From contig CAXBME010000016.1 of the NCBI GenBank assembly GCA_963976765.1, positions 1-64,000 of the forward strand: a stretch of 64,000 nucleotides of DNA. The letters are read 5' to 3'. Source of the stretch: an uncultured Planctomycetaceae bacterium (GTDB lineage Bacteria > Planctomycetota > Planctomycetia > Planctomycetales > Planctomycetaceae). Of the stretch, positions 61,242 to 64,000 are shown in pieces (the first letter of the stretch is position 1; the number at the start of each line of letters is the position of its first letter). The notes below the pieces were generated by a model that was not told where the DNA came from, made no database searches, and was given only the letters and a program-made list of their open reading frames with translations. The position numbers were made by a program, and so were the translations under genes.

Positions 61242-64000
61242 ATGCCTCGACGATCGTTTTCCAGCTCGGCCATCCTTCCCGCCGCCATTTGCCTTGCTCT
61301 GACCGTTCACTTGTTGACGCTGAATGTTGAACCGGCATTAGCTCAGGACCAGTCGATTGATGCAGCGACTCAGAATGTCGATTTCAACCGAGACATTCGC
61401 GGCATCCTGTCGAATCGATGCTTCACCTGCCACGGACCGGACGATGCTGAACGGCAAGCCGACCTGCGGCTTGATACTCGCGACGGAGCAACAGCAGATC
61501 TGGGTGACTATGCAGCGATCGTGTCCGGCAAACCGGAAGTCAGCGAGTTGATTAAACGAGTCAGCAGTTCGGATCCGGATCTGGTGATGCCGCCGGTCGG
61601 AAAAGGGCAGCCGCTGTCGAAAGCGGAAGTCGATCTGCTCGCTCAATGGATCCGAGAAGGAGCCGGGTATGCGAAGCACTGGTCTTACGAGGTACCGACT
61701 CGACCAGCTTTGCCGAAGACTTCTAACGAGACCTGGCAGCGAAACGCGATTGACGCCTTCATTCTTGCGCGACTTGATCGAGAAGGTCTGTCCCCGAACG
61801 AAGAAGCCGATCGAGCCACTCTGATTCGCCGAGTCACCCTCGACCTGACCGGTTTGCCGCCGACGCTCGAAGAGGTCGAGCAGTTCCTCGCGGATAAATC
61901 GCCAGACGCGTACGAAGCACTCATCGATCGATTGCTCGAACGGGACGCCTATGGTGAGCACTGGGCCAGAATGTGGCTCGACCTGGCTCGGTACGCGGAC
62001 TCGGCGGGCTACGCCGACGATCCCGCACGTACGATCTGGGCGTACCGTGATTATGTCATCCGTTCGTTGAATTCGAACAAGCCGTTCGACCAGTTCACTA
62101 TCGAGCAGATTGCTGGCGACCTGTTGCCGACCCCGTCGGAAGACCAGCTCATCGCGACGGCGTTTCATCGAAATACGCTGACGAATAACGAAGGCGGAAC
62201 CAACGACGAAGAGTTCCGCAACGTCGCGATTGTTGACCGGGTCAACACGACCTTCGCCGTCTGGATGGGAACGACGATGGCGTGTGCTCAATGCCACACT
62301 CACAAGTTTGACCCGATTACTCAGGAAGAGTATTTCCGAGTCTTCGCCTTCTTTAACAGCACGGAAGACGCCGATCGTCGCGACGAAAGTCCGCTCTTCC
62401 AGATCTACACGGACGAGCAGAAAGCCAATCGAGCGGCCTGGGAAACAGAATCAGCAGAGCTGAAAAAACTTCTCGCGACATCTACTCCCGCGTTGCTCGC
62501 CTCTCAGGCAAAATGGGAAGAATGCCTGAGCGTGGCCCCGGAGTGGGCAGTTTTGAAACCGACTGAAGTGACGGCCAGTTCCGGAGCGGTTTTGACGCTA
62601 CAGGACGACAGCTCAATCAAAGTGGCGAAGCAGGAGGCGAAGGTCGATACCTACACAGTCAATCTGCCAGCAAAGAGCGGCCGCCTGACAGCCCTTCAGC
62701 TCGAAACTTTCCCCGGCAACAATTTTGTTATCTCTCGAATTTCAGCCGCGCTGATCCCGCCAAACGGGACTCGGCTGAACGGTCGCTATGTCCGCGTGAC
62801 GATTCCGGGCAAGGACAGGATGCTGTCGCTGGCTGAGGTTCAGGTTTTCAGCGGAGCGGACAACGTCGCGGTTAAGGGTGAAGCCAGACAAAGCTCGACC
62901 GACTTCGGCGGACCGGCTAACCTGGCAATCGATGGAAACACCAACGGCGACTACCAGAAGGCGAAGTCGACGACCCACACGGCGGTGTCAACAGATCCGT
63001 GGTGGGAGCTTGACCTGAAGTCCAGCCAGGCGATTGATCGGATTCAGCTCTGGAACCGCACCGACAACAACCTTCAGGTACGATTGTCGAATTTTGTCGT
63101 GCAGGTTTTCGATGAGAAGCACGAAGTAGTCTGGGAGCAGAAGGTTGCCGAACCGCCAAATCCCAGCGTCGAATACTCGCTCAGTTCAGCGAGGGGAATT
63201 CCGTTTGGTTCTGCCTTCGCCGATTACTCACAGTCGGGATTCTCGGCAGCAGACGCACTGAACAATTCAGACACGACGACCAAAGGCTGGGCGGTTGGCG
63301 GGCAGACCGACAGGAACCATCGGCTGACGCTGGTCGCGAAAAAGTCGGTCGACGTTCCCGACGGCTCGACGATTTCCGTCACGATCGAGCAGCTTTCAAA
63401 ATACGAAAACCACACGCTGTCTCACTTTCGGATCACGTCCAGCGATGACGAGCGTGTCCGGGAATTCGCCGACATTCCCAACGACAAACTGACCATCGTC
63501 ACGACTCCGGGCAGTGAGCGTTCGGGCGACCAGCGCAAGGCACTGACGGCATACTTCGTCGCGGAAGTCGCACCGGAACTTGCGAAAGAACGACGGCGGC
63601 TGGCGACTCTCGAAAAGCAACTGGCTGCTCTGAAGCCGGCGACATCGGTACCCGTCATGAAAGATTTGCCTGCTGACAAACGCCGAGTCACGAAGATCCA
63701 GATTCGTGGCAACTTTCAGCAGACCAGCGAGGAAGTTTCGGAAGGTGTCCCGGCAGCCTTTCATCCTCTGCCCGACGATCTGCCGCCAAACCGACTGGCT
63801 TTAGCGAAGTGGCTGATCGATGAAAGAAATCCGCTGACTGCGCGAGTCGTCGCCAACAGATACTGGGAAGCAATCTTTGGCATCGGCATTGTCAGTACGA
63901 GTGAAGAATTTGGCTCGCAGGGAGAGTTGCCGGTGCATCCGGAACTGCTCGACTGGCTGGCCACGGAACTGGTCGACAGCAACTGGAACATCAAACATCT
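61242..64000 (+). CDS. Planctomycete cytochrome c / DUF1549 / DUF1553 protein with an F-type-lectin/discoidin-like insert; runs off the window and is absent from the ORF track
   Basis: Translated by hand from ATG 61242: signal peptide, VDFNRDIRGILSNRCFTCHGPD, WLDLARYADS, CAQCHTHKFDP, LSLAEVQVF...AIDGNTNG...PWWELDL, NPLTARVVANRYW. Confidence 0.92.
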   Translation, partial: MPRRSFSSSAILPAAICLALTVHLLTLNVEPALAQDQSIDAATQNVDFNRDIRGILSNRCFTCHGPDDAERQADLRLDTRDGATADLGDYAAIVSGKPEVSELIKRVSSSDPDLVMPPVGKGQPLSKAEVDLLAQWIREGAGYAKHWSYEVPTRPALPKTSNETWQRNAIDAFILARLDREGLSPNEEADRATLIRRVTLDLTGLPPTLEEVEQFLADKSPDAYEALIDRLLERDAYGEHWARMWLDLARYADSAGYADDPARTIWAYRDYVIRSLNSNKPFDQFTIEQIAGDLLPTPSEDQLIATAFHRNTLTNNEGGTNDEEFRNVAIVDRVNTTFAVWMGTTMACAQCHTHKFDPITQEEYFRVFAFFNSTEDADRRDESPLFQIYTDEQKANRAAWETESAELKKLLATSTPALLASQAKWEECLSVAPEWAVLKPTEVTASSGAVLTLQDDSSIKVAKQEAKVDTYTVNLPAKSGRLTALQLETFPGNNFVISRISAALIPPNGTRLNGRYVRVTIPGKDRMLSLAEVQVFSGADNVAVKGEARQSSTDFGGPANLAIDGNTNGDYQKAKSTTHTAVSTDPWWELDLKSSQAIDRIQLWNRTDNNLQVRLSNFVVQVFDEKHEVVWEQKVAEPPNPSVEYSLSSARGIPFGSAFADYSQSGFSAADALNNSDTTTKGWAVGGQTDRNHRLTLVAKKSVDVPDGSTISVTIEQLSKYENHTLSHFRITSSDDERVREFADIPNDKLTIVTTPGSERSGDQRKALTAYFVAEVAPELAKERRRLATLEKQLAALKPATSVPVMKDLPADKRRVTKIQIRGNFQQTSEEVSEGVPAAFHPLPDDLPPNRLALAKWLIDERNPLTARVVANRYWEAIFGIGIVSTSEEFGSQGELPVHPELLDWLATELVDSNWNIKH

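Noticed and set aside
38011..62303. Long antisense ORFs (38011-38961, 41486-42700, 45209-46030, 53143-54087, 59604-60596, 61338-62303)
   Set aside because: Shadows of well-supported genes on the opposite strand in GC-rich DNA

Overview
Planctomycete chromosomal DNA, most likely Planctomycetaceae. The assignment is inferred from a DUF1549/DUF1553 cytochrome-c protein, TIGR02996 and GYF_2 domains, Tat-exported enzymes and a sulfatase. Bases ~330-14660 are a 14.27-kb integrative element in the 3' end of tRNA-Thr(CGT), bounded by an exact 58-bp attL/attR repeat. It carries a tyrosine integrase, a compact AlpA / SSB-like / family-A DNA polymerase / wHTH module and cargo (TIGR02996-LRR protein, GYF_2-trypsin-PDZ protease). 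I see no primase, helicase, relaxase or capsid gene. The att core lies inside the integrase reading frame, so excision would replace the 3-aa tail SAN with a 69-aa tail encoded at the far end of the element (564 to 630 aa). A 35-aa copy of the integrase N-terminus sits directly upstream of int. Outside attR, a second integrase stump is joined out of frame to an N-truncated retron-type reverse transcriptase. The rest is mostly backbone: NanA-like lyase, Fe-ADH, PQQ protein, secDF-yajC-tgt, IscS-like desulfurase, ALDH, murD, sulfatase, SixA-like phosphatase, RlhA-like U32 protein and a carbamoyltransferase. It also holds a decayed HlyD-TackOD1-GT2 operon, a kinase-GT4-PLOD-like GT/methyltransferase operon and a WD40-Roc-COR-Zn-TIR protein. 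All product calls come from motif recognition by eye; no searches were run.
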